A DNA stretch of 64,000 nt from a virus (IMGVR_UViG_3300017990_000017:737-64736), one strand, 5' to 3'; counted from the first letter of the stretch, positions 1 to 9,878 are shown. The notes: generated from the sequence alone by a model not told the origin. Translations and numbers: made by a program.

Positions 1-684
1 GTTCGTGTGGCGAATTCGCTGGACAATGCCTACGGCCCCACCAACGGGGTGGGTGGTGTTGGTACCACAGCGGTGTTCGAGTTCCTTCGAGGTCGATCCT
101 TCATCAGCAAGGAGATCCGGCAGCGACGTATGGGCATCTCGGGCGACATCACTCGAGGTCAGACCCGTGCGACTTTCGATCCGACCGAGTACTTCGGCCT
201 GTCGCCGGAGGTACCGCCGGACTCTGATCTCTGGTTCCTGCGGTTCCAGGTCTCGACGGTGGCAACCGCAGCGGCGGCTGGTAGCGTTCAGGCTGGTTAC
301 CCCGGCGGTGTTTTTCCGGGGACGGCGAGCGCGACGGACCAGAGCGACATCCTCGTCATGCAGACGCCGGACTTTTTCTCGGTGCCGCGTCCTGCCCTGA
401 CTCTCTATGGCACCGCGCCTGACGTGGGTGCTGTTCCGGGTCTTCCGGCGCCTCTCGAGTCGATGTCTTTTCACGTACCGGCTTTTGCCGATGCGATGGT
501 CATCACCAACCACGGTGCCGCACCTCTTTTCTTCTCGGTTGGACAGGGTTTGCCGATGATGCAGGTAGACCCTGGCGCCTCGATCTCGCACTCGAGTGGC
601 ATGAAGGACGAGATCTCTCTTGCCGCCGACGGCGCCAACCCGAACTTCTCGATTCTCATCTCCACCGTGACCGGTCAGCGCTAG
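1..684 (+). CDS. Hypothetical virion-module protein, probably 5'-truncated by the window edge
   Basis: Frame is open from base 1 (GTT CGT GTG GCG...) to TAG at 684, with codon usage like the neighbouring genes. The track start at 7 has no upstream context. Confidence 0.6.
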   Translation, partial: VRVANSLDNAYGPTNGVGGVGTTAVFEFLRGRSFISKEIRQRRMGISGDITRGQTRATFDPTEYFGLSPEVPPDSDLWFLRFQVSTVATAAAAGSVQAGYPGGVFPGTASATDQSDILVMQTPDFFSVPRPALTLYGTAPDVGAVPGLPAPLESMSFHVPAFADAMVITNHGAAPLFFSVGQGLPMMQVDPGASISHSSGMKDEISLAADGANPNFSILISTVTGQR

Positions 685-695
685 GGGCGCATTAT

Positions 696-728
696 CGGTT
701 ATCTGTTTATAGCCCCTCCAATGTAGAG
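696..728 (+). promoter_or_regulatory. Putative phage late promoter motif, copy 1
   Basis: CGGTT-N7-TATA-N11-GTAGAG. The same spaced motif recurs at 7 other gene boundaries. Confidence 0.6.
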
Positions 729-762
729 AGAGCCCATCTCGGGACCCGGAGGAATCACCACG

Positions 763-1428
763 ATGCCGTACATCATCATGCGTCGGACGGACATCCCGAA
801 TGGGGTGTTGCAGGTCGACGATCTCAAGCCCAACGACTCCCAGCGCAACTACACGCTCGATCCCCCGGGACAGAGCGGGTACGTCCGTCAGATCCCCGCC
901 AGCGACGATGTCGTCACGACCGCTCCTGGCGCCATCCTGACGGTGCGCGATGCCTGCGGCCTGGCCGCGTACCTGATCGACAACGTGGAGGACAGCGGCG
1001 GTGCTGCTCTCACCGCGACTGTTGCCAACGATGCGGCGGACGCGATCATCGCCCTGGCTGTGGGCGGCATGGCTGTCGGCCTCACCGAGGTGGACGCTGA
1101 GCTTGTCGCTGCGGGTGCGACTGCGGGCACTGGTCTCGAGACAGGCGCTTCCACGGGTCTTCTCAGCGAGCTCCTCGAGCTCCTGTCCGGCGCCAAGTAC
1201 CAGCTTCCGGCTGGCAGCGTCGTGGACACCAACGGCTCGACCTTCAACCCGACTCGCCAAGGGTTCTTCGCTACCACGCCTGGCGTGAAGCGGATCGAAG
1301 CCACGGGCGCCTTCAACGTCTCCAACGGCGCGGGTGACCTGTTCAACTACAAGCGTGCGGACTTCGAGTACAACGGCGTGCTCGGTCCTGCCCTTCTTGT
1401 TCTCGCCGACGACGGAAGCGTCCTCTAG
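763..1428 (+). CDS. Putative capsid decoration/structural protein, paralog 1 of 3
   Basis: GGAGG RBS. N-terminus MPYIIMRRTDIPNGVLQV and C-terminus LVLADDGSVL are shared with the next two ORFs. Confidence 0.55.
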   Translation: MPYIIMRRTDIPNGVLQVDDLKPNDSQRNYTLDPPGQSGYVRQIPASDDVVTTAPGAILTVRDACGLAAYLIDNVEDSGGAALTATVANDAADAIIALAVGGMAVGLTEVDAELVAAGATAGTGLETGASTGLLSELLELLSGAKYQLPAGSVVDTNGSTFNPTRQGFFATTPGVKRIEATGAFNVSNGAGDLFNYKRADFEYNGVLGPALLVLADDGSVL

Positions 1429-1439
1429 GGAGAAGAGCA

Positions 1440-2492
1440 ATGCCGTACATCATCATGAAGCGGAATGACATCCCGGACGGGACGCTCCAGGTCCTCGACC
1501 TCGAGCCGAACGTGTCGCAGCGTAACCTGACGCTCGACGCACCGGGTCAGACCAAGTACGTCAACGCGGTCGAGAACGACACGGTTGTCGAAACCACTTT
1601 GGGCGGCGGCGAGGTCGTCATGCACCGTGCTGCCAATGGTCTCGCGGCGTGGATCGTTACCAACGTCAACGACGGCACCGGCGCAGCAGGTACAGGTACT
1701 TTCACCGTTGTGGTGGCGACCCCAATCCTCCCCGCTGACACGGTGACGGTTGGCGCTCAGATCTTCACGGCAGTTGCTGGGCCCCGTACTCCGGGTTCCA
1801 ATGACTTCAGTCTGGCTTCGGGCACCGATGCCGGCGTGGCGGCCGATCTGGCTGCTGCCATCAACGACCCGATGAACGGTCTGGCTCAGCCTGGTGGTCT
1901 GTCCAATCTCGTTACGGCAGTTCCTGCCGCTGGCGTGGTGACCATCACTGCCAACATGGATGGGGCGGCCGGCAACCTGGCGTTGGCCTCCTCCAACGCT
2001 GCTGGGTTCTCCCCGGTCGGCATGGCTGGTGGTGTGGATGCGGGCCAAGTCACGGCTGCGGACGCCAACACGGGCGCCGCTGCGGTCCTGGCCCTCTACG
2101 GGTTCGGTGATCTCACCTCGGCAGCGGGAACGCTTCAGCTTGCCGACATCAACGGTGCGCTCGTCGGCGGTGCTGCCATCACCGCTGCCCAGCTTCCCGA
2201 TGTACTGAATCTTCTGGCAGGCGCAAAGTACGAAGTGCCGCGAGGGGTTCAACTTGCAGACGGCGGTGGTGTTTGGGACGTGCAGCCTCCGGTGGGTTCG
2301 GCTGGTGGTCCTGGGTTCGTCGAGAACTCGAACCGCGCCCTGTTCCTGAACGACGGTCTTCCGCTGTCGTTCGTGGTGGGTGAGCTCGCTGAGTTCACTG
2401 ATAGCTCGTTCGTGTACGCCGGAGTCCCCGGTGATCCGAACGGCGAAGCGGTCGTTGTTTACAACGACGATGGATCCCTCTTCACCCCGTAA
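1440..2492 (+). CDS. Putative capsid decoration/structural protein, paralog 2, with an inserted ~120-aa domain also found in the tail sheath
   Basis: N-terminus MPYIIMKRNDIPDGTLQV. Insert at ~1683-2039 (DTVTVG..GPRTPGSNDF..AADLAAAINDPMNGL..AGN..GGVD) matches the sheath repeats. Confidence 0.6.
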   Translation: MPYIIMKRNDIPDGTLQVLDLEPNVSQRNLTLDAPGQTKYVNAVENDTVVETTLGGGEVVMHRAANGLAAWIVTNVNDGTGAAGTGTFTVVVATPILPADTVTVGAQIFTAVAGPRTPGSNDFSLASGTDAGVAADLAAAINDPMNGLAQPGGLSNLVTAVPAAGVVTITANMDGAAGNLALASSNAAGFSPVGMAGGVDAGQVTAADANTGAAAVLALYGFGDLTSAAGTLQLADINGALVGGAAITAAQLPDVLNLLAGAKYEVPRGVQLADGGGVWDVQPPVGSAGGPGFVENSNRALFLNDGLPLSFVVGELAEFTDSSFVYAGVPGDPNGEAVVVYNDDGSLFTP

Positions 2493-2504
2493 GGAGAAAA
2501 GACG

Positions 2505-3179
2505 ATGGCTGAAGTTTTCCTCATCATGCGTCGTATGGACATCCCTGACGGGGTGTTGCAGGTGGTGGACCTGTACCCCAACACCTCGAGCAAGAACTAC
2601 ATCTACCCGCCTGGCCTCGGTCAGACCGGGTACGTGCACAACATCCCGGCCGATCCGGTTGACGGTCTCGTCGGTGCTGGCCCGACCTTCACCGTGTCGG
2701 CTGACGTGTCGGGTCTCGCGGCCTACCTGCTCGGCAACATCGATACCGGTGGTGCTGCTGGCGGTGCTCCGTTCACCGGAGCTGAGGCTGACGCTGCGGC
2801 GACGGCTCTGGTCGCCATCGCTCAGGCCGGCATGGTGCTCGATGCGGCGGCTGTGGACGCTGCTCTTGTGGGTGTCGTGGCTGGCACGAGCCTCAGTGGT
2901 GGTGGATCGACGGGCGTTCTCACGGAGCTCTTGAGTGTCATGGCTGGTGCTGGCTATCAGGTGGACGCTGGCACGGACCTGGCTGCTGGCGGCGTCAAGG
3001 TTGCCGCTCAGCAGGGCGCCTTCGTCGAGGGCGTCTACAAGCAGCTCTACGACACCGGGCAGTTCCTCGTGTCGAACCTGAACGGGAACGTCTCGCTGCT
3101 AAAGTCGGCGAACTTCACGTACGACGACGTGACGGGGGCTGCGGTCACCGTCTACAGCGCGACGGGAACCGTCCTCTAG
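2505..3179 (+). CDS. Putative capsid decoration/structural protein, paralog 3
   Basis: AAGGAG RBS. IMRRMDIPDGVLQV...VTVYSATGTVL is homologous to paralogs 1 and 2. Confidence 0.55.
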   Translation: MAEVFLIMRRMDIPDGVLQVVDLYPNTSSKNYIYPPGLGQTGYVHNIPADPVDGLVGAGPTFTVSADVSGLAAYLLGNIDTGGAAGGAPFTGAEADAAATALVAIAQAGMVLDAAAVDAALVGVVAGTSLSGGGSTGVLTELLSVMAGAGYQVDAGTDLAAGGVKVAAQQGAFVEGVYKQLYDTGQFLVSNLNGNVSLLKSANFTYDDVTGAAVTVYSATGTVL

Positions 3180-3187
3180 CGGACTTC

Positions 3188-3217
3188 CGGGCGCCGACCC
3201 ATTCTGGTCGGCGCCCG
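3188..3217 (+). terminator. GC-rich stem-loop after the paralog cluster (terminator or processing hairpin)
   Basis: Perfect 12-bp stem CGGGCGCCGACC / GGTCGGCGCCCG with a 6-nt loop, followed by a pyrimidine run rather than a clean U tract. Confidence 0.5.
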
Positions 3218-3245
3218 CTTCCTCTCCCTCTGGGAGACGGTCAGA
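3218..3245 (+). promoter_or_regulatory. Conserved leader hairpin element, copy A
   Basis: CTTCC-TCTCCC-TCT-GGGAGA-CGGTCAGA; related copies at 30152 and 43470. Confidence 0.5.
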
Positions 3246-3266
3246 ACCAACGAACGGAGAGAAGAA

Positions 3267-3518
3267 ATGGCAGAAGAACGAAACGGCTACAGGACCTCGG
3301 ACCTGTACTACGCCGCCTACCTGAAGGTCGCAGGAGTGAAGTTGACGGGCACGCAACGAGATGGAGGCCGGGTCTACTTCCTCTTCGAGGAAGCGGACAA
3401 CGCATCCATGCGCGAGCTCCGGGACCAGTACTACAACCGAACCAGTAAGGTTGCGGCGCTGACATACGCGGATGAGATCAAGGTCATGAAGGCCCTCACC
3501 CACGAGGACAGGGGATAG
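3267..3518 (+). CDS. Small DUF5659-like phage protein, possible nucleic-acid binder
   Basis: YRTSDLYYAAYLKVAG...RVYFLFE pattern resembles DUF5659 as recalled, not searched. Confidence 0.5.
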   Translation: MAEERNGYRTSDLYYAAYLKVAGVKLTGTQRDGGRVYFLFEEADNASMRELRDQYYNRTSKVAALTYADEIKVMKALTHEDRG

Positions 3519-3523
3519 CTTCT

Positions 3524-4033
3524 ATGCGTCTTGAGCAGCTCATTCAGGGAGACGATTCGGTCCAACAGCACGTAGCTTCCGAACGGGAGAAAGCGGCGCT
3601 GGTGGCTGTGTCTCCCATGGCGCGCAAGGCGATCGAGAAAGAAGTTCTCCCCCAGCTCGATGCTCACGTCACCAGCTCTGAATCTGTAGATGAGCTCGGA
3701 GAGCAGACGAAAAAGGACATCGAAGCAGCCTTCAAAGGCAAAACTGAGATCTACACTCGCCTGATCCAGTACAAGTCCATCGACCAGTCGGACGCACAGT
3801 TCCTCGATGACCTGATTCACGTCATGGACGAGTGGGTCGCCAAGTCCAAGAAAATCCTCGACGAGGGCAAACCCGCCGATCCCGGTGAGGTCAAAGTCAA
3901 AGTCGAGTCCGATATCAACGTGAAAACTGAAACGGGCGACAACACTGAAGTTGAGGTGAAGGACACCTCCAGCGGCGAGAAGCTGCCGATCTCCGTCGCC
4001 GACATCTTTGATCTCGGCGACGTGAGGTTGTAG
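3524..4033 (+). CDS. Acidic hypothetical protein
   Basis: 169-aa ORF, tightly packed in the operon. Confidence 0.6.
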   Translation: MRLEQLIQGDDSVQQHVASEREKAALVAVSPMARKAIEKEVLPQLDAHVTSSESVDELGEQTKKDIEAAFKGKTEIYTRLIQYKSIDQSDAQFLDDLIHVMDEWVAKSKKILDEGKPADPGEVKVKVESDINVKTETGDNTEVEVKDTSSGEKLPISVADIFDLGDVRL

Positions 4034-4036
4034 AGC

Positions 4037-4945
4037 GTGGCTGTATGCTTCAATATCGGACAAGAGCTCGGCAGGAACGATCTCAAGATCTTCCTGGTCG
4101 ATGAGCTCGGTGTCCCTTGTGATGCGGCTGAGATCTCGTACGCCCTCTACTTCGTAGACCAGAGCATGGGCCCACCAGGGGTCGAGGTTCTGGTTGGGCC
4201 GCCTGCACACGTACCAGTGAACCCTGCGGTTGGTGAGTACTACGCCGCCATCATGGTGTTCCCGGGCGTCTCTGCGGGCGACTACCGGATCCGGTGGACA
4301 TTCCGGAAGACGTTGATGGACGAGCCGCAAGAGGTCGTCCAAGAGTTCTGCATCGTTGAGCCCTCGAGCTCCCAGTTCGGGCAACGACTGCTCTCGAGTT
4401 GTGAGCAGGACCTGGTGGACAAGCTTCGGATCATGCTCCGGGACAACAACCCGGACCGCAACTATCACTTCCGTCCTCCCGAGCAAGAGGGCGTGATCAA
4501 GAAGTACAACCGCGTCTTCGGCTACGTCTGGGAAGACCACGAGCTGCTTTGCTACCTCGAGATGGGACTCGACTGGTTCAACGCGATGCCTCCTGAGACG
4601 GAGGGCATCCGTACACTCAACGATCTGTGCGCTCGCAAGCCGGTGTGGCGTACGTTCATTTTGTGGGCGGCAGCGGTGCACGCGCTCTTCGCTTTGAGCA
4701 TCAACTGGGTGCACGACGAGTTCGACTACAGCATCGGTGGGATCTCGTTGAGTCTCGAGAAGTCGAGTAAGTACGAGAGCCTGAAGCAGAACGCAGAGGG
4801 CCAGCTCGATAAAGCGACAGAGGCCAAATCCCGGACCGTGAAATTCATCCGAGGGTTGCAACAACCGAAGTTCGGTTTCGGTGTCCGCTCTAGTTTCGGG
4901 CCCGCGACTGGTCGGGGTGTGCTTTCGCCGCGATCATTTGTGTAG
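4037..4945 (+). CDS. Putative head-tail adaptor/neck protein
   Basis: Beta-rich N-domain followed by a helical segment (DKLRIMLRD..WEDHELLCYLEMGLDWFN..YSIGGISLSL) typical of adaptor proteins; position in the head-to-neck region. Confidence 0.5.
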   Translation: MAVCFNIGQELGRNDLKIFLVDELGVPCDAAEISYALYFVDQSMGPPGVEVLVGPPAHVPVNPAVGEYYAAIMVFPGVSAGDYRIRWTFRKTLMDEPQEVVQEFCIVEPSSSQFGQRLLSSCEQDLVDKLRIMLRDNNPDRNYHFRPPEQEGVIKKYNRVFGYVWEDHELLCYLEMGLDWFNAMPPETEGIRTLNDLCARKPVWRTFILWAAAVHALFALSINWVHDEFDYSIGGISLSLEKSSKYESLKQNAEGQLDKATEAKSRTVKFIRGLQQPKFGFGVRSSFGPATGRGVLSPRSFV

Positions 4946-4970
4946 TAAAATCAAGCACTTACAAACAACT

Positions 4971-4999
4971 TTGATTTGTTTTTGGTCACGCGATAGTCT
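4971..4999 (+). promoter_or_regulatory. Sigma70-like promoter, apparently leaderless, for the 5006 gene
   Basis: TTGATT-N17-TAGTCT-N6-ATG; identical geometry at 37823. Confidence 0.5.
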
Positions 5000-5005
5000 C
5001 TTTGA

Positions 5006-6685
5006 ATGACCGAGTTGCGCTGTCCGGCCTGCCAAAAACCGCTCTCATCCCCCAAAGCCGTCCCCAAGCACACGAATGGGTGCTCCAAGTGGGATGAGGT
5101 GATCGGTGTGCCGCCGTCGGAGTTCAATTTCGACAGGCATTTTGGTCGCGGTTTGTGGGCGCCTGAGAAGGTTGAGAACGAGGACTATGTCGGGTGTCTT
5201 CTCTGTGCTGCTGAGGGCACAGAAGTCCGAGTGAAGCGTCTGAGCGACCATCTCAAGCGCGCTCACGACGGGATGAAGCGCAAGGAGTACGAGAGCCGGT
5301 TCCCTGGAGCTCCAGTGGTCGCGCGTTCTTCAGGTGCCAAACGCAAGAAGACGACGCAGGCCAAGTACGGCGTCGACAACGTCGGGCAGAGCGATGAGGT
5401 CAAGGAGAAGACGCGGGATACGGCACGTCGCAAATACGGGGTTGATCATCATCTGAAGTCCAAGAAGGTGCAGAGGAAACGGCGACGCACGAATCGGGAG
5501 CGGTACGGCGCCGACAATGTTTTCGCGTCCGAGGAGATCAAGGAGAAGATCCGCGCGACAAACCTTGACCGTCACGGGGCCGAGAACCCGCAGCAGGTTC
5601 CTGAGATCCGACGACGTACCGAGCAGACCACACTGGAGCGTCACGGGGCTGTTTCGTTTCTGCAATCCGCGACTTGGTATGCCGAGCTGGCGCGTGCTCG
5701 GGGAGAGCGCGAAAAGGCCCGGAGAGAAGAGCTGATCGTTTCCGGCAACTACGAGATCTGTCCTCACTGCGACGAGGTGTTCACCAAGGTCACGAGCCGC
5801 CACAAGGCGATCTGCGAAGGCTGGCCTGACACGGAAGCTCCTGAGCCGTGTTTGTGTGGGCACGAGAGCACCTCGTTGACCCAGATGAAGAGGCACCGAC
5901 AGGTGTGTGTCGTCTGGATGTTTCGGGATGCTGAAGCGGTGACTCGCGCACGTCGTCTACGGACCATGTTGGAACGGTGGGGTGTTGAGAACCCTCAACA
6001 ACATCCAGAGACTCGTACAAAAACCGAAAAGACCAACATGGAGCGTTACGGGGCTATAAGCCCTTTCGCTCAAGGGTCCATTCTCTACGAGCAGGTTCAA
6101 GCCGCGTTAGAAGGTAAACGTCCCATTCTCCGGGGCAACGACAACCCGTTCGCGTGGCCTCGGGTAAAGGAGAAGGTTCTGCGTGAGTGTCTCGCCAAAG
6201 TGGGATACGAATTTCCGGAGTACGGAACCGAAGCCGAGACCCTCGAAGATTTGGCGGATCGGTATGGCATGACACATCCGATGCAGGACCGGGACTTCGC
6301 TCGGATGATGCTCCACGCACAGAGCAGTTCCCGAGAACCGAATGGTCCTGAACGCATGGTTCAAGAGATGGAGCCCCGTCTTCTGTACACCGGGAACCGC
6401 ACGTTCTGGAGGTGGCTCCCCCGCCTCGGGCGTCACAAGAACCCTGATTTCGTGTTGCGCGGTCCCGTACATGGCCATCCTTTCCGCGATCTCCGCAAAG
6501 TGGTGGAGGTGAACGGAGATTTCTGGCACAGCGAGCAGTTCACGGGCGTTTGGCCTGAGCAGCACGAGTCCGAGCTCATCGAGGCGTATGCCGAAGTCGG
6601 CCTCGAGTGCCTCGTGATTTGGGAGTCCGAGGTCAAAAGCGATCCTGAGGGTGTGGCCGGACGCCTGCGCGACTTCCTTGGGTAG
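5006..6685 (+). CDS. Zinc-finger/repeat protein with C-terminal Vsr-like PD-(D/E)XK nuclease (free-standing homing endonuclease-like)
   Basis: Multiple CxxC/H motifs, repeated (K/R)YGVDN..Q..E.(K/R)EK units, and C-terminal NPDF..VVEVNGDFWH..LVIWE. Confidence 0.7.
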   Translation: MTELRCPACQKPLSSPKAVPKHTNGCSKWDEVIGVPPSEFNFDRHFGRGLWAPEKVENEDYVGCLLCAAEGTEVRVKRLSDHLKRAHDGMKRKEYESRFPGAPVVARSSGAKRKKTTQAKYGVDNVGQSDEVKEKTRDTARRKYGVDHHLKSKKVQRKRRRTNRERYGADNVFASEEIKEKIRATNLDRHGAENPQQVPEIRRRTEQTTLERHGAVSFLQSATWYAELARARGEREKARREELIVSGNYEICPHCDEVFTKVTSRHKAICEGWPDTEAPEPCLCGHESTSLTQMKRHRQVCVVWMFRDAEAVTRARRLRTMLERWGVENPQQHPETRTKTEKTNMERYGAISPFAQGSILYEQVQAALEGKRPILRGNDNPFAWPRVKEKVLRECLAKVGYEFPEYGTEAETLEDLADRYGMTHPMQDRDFARMMLHAQSSSREPNGPERMVQEMEPRLLYTGNRTFWRWLPRLGRHKNPDFVLRGPVHGHPFRDLRKVVEVNGDFWHSEQFTGVWPEQHESELIEAYAEVGLECLVIWESEVKSDPEGVAGRLRDFLG

Positions 6686-6701
6686 CGCTCTCGGCGCGCC
6701 G

Positions 6702-6734
6702 CGTTTTTCGGTCGATAGCAGGGCGTAGGTAGGG
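6702..6734 (+). promoter_or_regulatory. Putative late promoter motif, copy 2
   Basis: CGTTT-N7-GATA-N11-GTAGGG upstream of the fibre cluster. Confidence 0.5.
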
Positions 6735-6763
6735 ATTCGTGCATCCCTTTCTCGGACCCTGCC

Positions 6764-8896
6764 ATGAGCAACATCGTCGCCGTTCTGATCGTCCGATGTA
6801 CACACACGGGCGTGTACGCAGACGGACGCCCAAATCCGGCGTCGGTGACTCTGTACGACCTCGACGAGATCACCATTCAAAAGAACCGGACCCGGGCGGT
6901 ACCGGTTCCTCCGAACAGCTACGTGGACATCCCCATGTCCACGAGGACTTTCATCTCGTGGCACCAGGGCGACATTTGCACGTTCACGCGGCAGGGGTTG
7001 ATCACGTCCGAGATCATCCTCCAGTTCCGCGACAAGAGCAGGTGCGGTGGTCCGGCCGGCACGGGCCAGACGCTCCGTCCTGCGGTTCCAAACATCGAGC
7101 GAGTCGGTGGGGTTCTTCGCCTGGTCCTTCCCGACAACGTCATTCCGACGACGCTCGAAACCTTGGGCTTTTTGGTCGGTGAGCCCGTCGCAATCACTGG
7201 CCTGACAGGCGCGTTCCGAAACCTCAACGGTGAGTACGTCATCTCGACGGCGACCCCTGGGAGTGGTCTCGCTGGAGTCGCTGCGGGTTCGTACCTGATT
7301 GAGGTTCCTTCCGAGGGAGCGGACATCGCTTCGACCACGTTGGCTGGCGTGAACGTGTGCCTGACTGAGGGCCAGGTCACGATGCAGTTCAACGGCAACG
7401 GGGATGTCGGTGGCCTCGGTGCGAATGTCTACGCTTACATCGCTGGCCAGCTTCTTCCGGGCACGACGGGTGGAGGCGGTGGCGGTTCGCTTCAAGACGC
7501 CTACGAGGTAGGAAACACCATCGTTACCTCGGCAGGCTTTGGCCCCTTTGATGTCTCGGGTACGGAAGACATCTCGCTTGCGACTGACGGTGTCATCGCG
7601 CTCTCGAGCTCGCGTGGTGAGACGTTTCCTGCTGCCACACTGACGACGACGGGCCTCAACGGAGATTCTGTTGATTTCTTCGTGGGTGACAACGATCCTT
7701 CGGGTGTTGTCACGGGGCAGGCGGGTTCGCTGTTCTTCCGGGATACGGGCGCCGGGGCTGAGCTCTACCTGAATACGTCGGCAGGGTCCGGCACGACGTG
7801 GACGTTGGTGAGCCTTGGCGGTGGTGCTGGCCTGACGCTTCAGCAGGCATACGACAACGGGAACACCATCGTCACGAGTGCCGTGTCGGGCGACTTCGAC
7901 GTGAGCGGCACGGAGTCTGTCAGCCTGGATGCTGAGGTCTCCTCGAACTTCACCGTTGCGGGTACTGACGCTGGTGCCCTGGACCTGACGCTCTCTTCGA
8001 GCAACGCAGGCACGGGGACGGGTAACGTCCTGATCTCGGCAAGCGACGCGATCACGGCAACGACTACCTCGGGCAACATCACGGGAACCGCCCTCGATGG
8101 TGGCATCGTCTTCACGGCGATCGGGGCCGGCAATGACGCTAACCTCACTTCGGTTGCTTCGGACGTAAACCTCACCGCTGGTGATGAAGTCCGAGTGACT
8201 TCGGTTGGCGGATCACTTCGTCTGGATTCTCAGACGACCGACATCCTCGCCACCGTCGGAACGCTCCTCGATCTTTCTACAGATCGTGGAGAAGCGCTTC
8301 CGATCTCCACCTGGACGACGACGGGGGCCAGCGGTGATTCCGTTGACTTTTTTGTCGGAGACAACGATCCGTCAGGAGCCGTAACTGGTCAGGCCGGTTC
8401 GGTGTTTTTTCGCGATACCGGGACGGGTGGTGAGCTCTACATCAACACGTCCACAGGTTCGGGCACGAGCTGGTCGGAGGTTGTCACCTCTGGCAACGAA
8501 GCCAGTACTGCCGTTCTTGCTTGGGGCAACAACAGCGTCGCGAACAGCACCGCAGCTCGAGTGCTTGACCCCGGTTACGAGCAACGGACGGCTCCTTTGG
8601 CGAGTAGCACCGCGTTCATCGAACTTCGGTCCCCTATCGCGGGGACGCTTCAGAACATGTACGTCCGGCACAACAACCCCGGAGGCTCTGGCGCGGTCAT
8701 CACGTACACGGTTTTCGTGAACGGGGTTGCGACGGCGTTGACGGTCGGTCTTGCGAGTACGTCTTCGAACGGTTCGGACACGGTCAACTCTGTAGCGGTT
8801 TCTGCCGGAGACCTTATCCGAATCCAAGTAACTAAGGTGGCGGTGGCGGGTAGCGGAGCTCGGCGTCCGGAGGTCACCGTGGAGGTGGCAGCATGA
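6764..8896 (+). CDS. Fibre/appendage protein (710 aa)
   Basis: Gly/Thr/Ser-rich. Two copies each of the LQxAYxxGNTIVT and GDSVDFFVGDNDPSG..GSxFFRDTG..LYxNTS..GTxW modules; beta-rich C-terminal domain. Confidence 0.7.
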   Translation: MSNIVAVLIVRCTHTGVYADGRPNPASVTLYDLDEITIQKNRTRAVPVPPNSYVDIPMSTRTFISWHQGDICTFTRQGLITSEIILQFRDKSRCGGPAGTGQTLRPAVPNIERVGGVLRLVLPDNVIPTTLETLGFLVGEPVAITGLTGAFRNLNGEYVISTATPGSGLAGVAAGSYLIEVPSEGADIASTTLAGVNVCLTEGQVTMQFNGNGDVGGLGANVYAYIAGQLLPGTTGGGGGGSLQDAYEVGNTIVTSAGFGPFDVSGTEDISLATDGVIALSSSRGETFPAATLTTTGLNGDSVDFFVGDNDPSGVVTGQAGSLFFRDTGAGAELYLNTSAGSGTTWTLVSLGGGAGLTLQQAYDNGNTIVTSAVSGDFDVSGTESVSLDAEVSSNFTVAGTDAGALDLTLSSSNAGTGTGNVLISASDAITATTTSGNITGTALDGGIVFTAIGAGNDANLTSVASDVNLTAGDEVRVTSVGGSLRLDSQTTDILATVGTLLDLSTDRGEALPISTWTTTGASGDSVDFFVGDNDPSGAVTGQAGSVFFRDTGTGGELYINTSTGSGTSWSEVVTSGNEASTAVLAWGNNSVANSTAARVLDPGYEQRTAPLASSTAFIELRSPIAGTLQNMYVRHNNPGGSGAVITYTVFVNGVATALTVGLASTSSNGSDTVNSVAVSAGDLIRIQVTKVAVAGSGARRPEVTVEVAA

Positions 8897-9867
8897 GCAC
8901 TCGCCGATACCGTTGGACGGGGGTCTATTCAGACGACCTCAACAACATCATCGAGGCGGGCTCTGGCGCCACGCTCGAGTTCCTTCAACGAACTCCTTGG
9001 ACTGAGATCACGGTCGTTGACGGCACGCGCGACACTGACCTCGACGACTTCATGGCCGACCTCGGCTATGTGGTTGATCCGACGGGGCCCACCATCGTGG
9101 TGCCGGCTGGCGCGCATGTCGTGGGAACCGAACAGGTCATCCTTGCGGACGCGACGCTGGGTCCTGTGTCGATCACACTGCCGGCGACGAGCTCGAGGCT
9201 TGGCAACGATCTACAGGTCATGAAGGTGGATGCGTCCGCCAACGTGGTGACCGTGACACGAACGGGTGGTGACACCATCGATGGTTCTGTCACTCAGACC
9301 CTCGACCAGCACGGCGACTCGTTGTGGCTCGTCTCTGACCCCGCCAACAGCATCTGGGAGATTTCTCAGAGTCGTCGTGCAGAGGACATCACTTTTGACG
9401 ATGGGGGCGTTCCCGGTCTCAGCGCGGACAACGTCCAGGACGCGATCACCGATGTCGTGACCAACGACCTGACCTCCATCGAGGTCTTCACGTCGGGGGA
9501 GGCGTTGACGGCGGGGGACGTGCTGACTTTCAACTCCTCGGGGGAAGTGATTCGCGCGAATTCTTCTATTGCCGGAGGTGTATGGGAAGTGATTGGCATC
9601 TCCGCACAAACCGTTGGCGCGAGCGTCAGCGTGCAAGTTTTTACGAAATCTGGGTCCTTGCCGAGCGTTCGGTTCGGTGCGGCACCAGCAGCGAGTCTGA
9701 ATGGCCGTTTGGTCTTTCTCGACTCTACCTCGGGGCAGGCGACAGTGACGCCTCCTACGTCAAATGGAAACACCCTTTTCACGGTCGGAACTCTGCAAGG
9801 TGCAGACGGCGCTTCGATGTCTCCTGAAGTGCTCTTCCGACCACAGTTCATCGCTTTCCGCGCGTGA
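8893..9867 (+). CDS. Fibre protein with C-terminal capsid-cement-like (DUF2190-like) domain
   Basis: Fibre domain ADATLGPVSITLP..KVDASANVVTV..TIDG. C-terminus (GEALTAGD..GTLQGADG..PQFIA) is homologous to that of 9879..13199. Confidence 0.6.
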   Translation: MSTRRYRWTGVYSDDLNNIIEAGSGATLEFLQRTPWTEITVVDGTRDTDLDDFMADLGYVVDPTGPTIVVPAGAHVVGTEQVILADATLGPVSITLPATSSRLGNDLQVMKVDASANVVTVTRTGGDTIDGSVTQTLDQHGDSLWLVSDPANSIWEISQSRRAEDITFDDGGVPGLSADNVQDAITDVVTNDLTSIEVFTSGEALTAGDVLTFNSSGEVIRANSSIAGGVWEVIGISAQTVGASVSVQVFTKSGSLPSVRFGAAPAASLNGRLVFLDSTSGQATVTPPTSNGNTLFTVGTLQGADGASMSPEVLFRPQFIAFRA

Positions 9868-9878
9868 GGTAGAGAACC

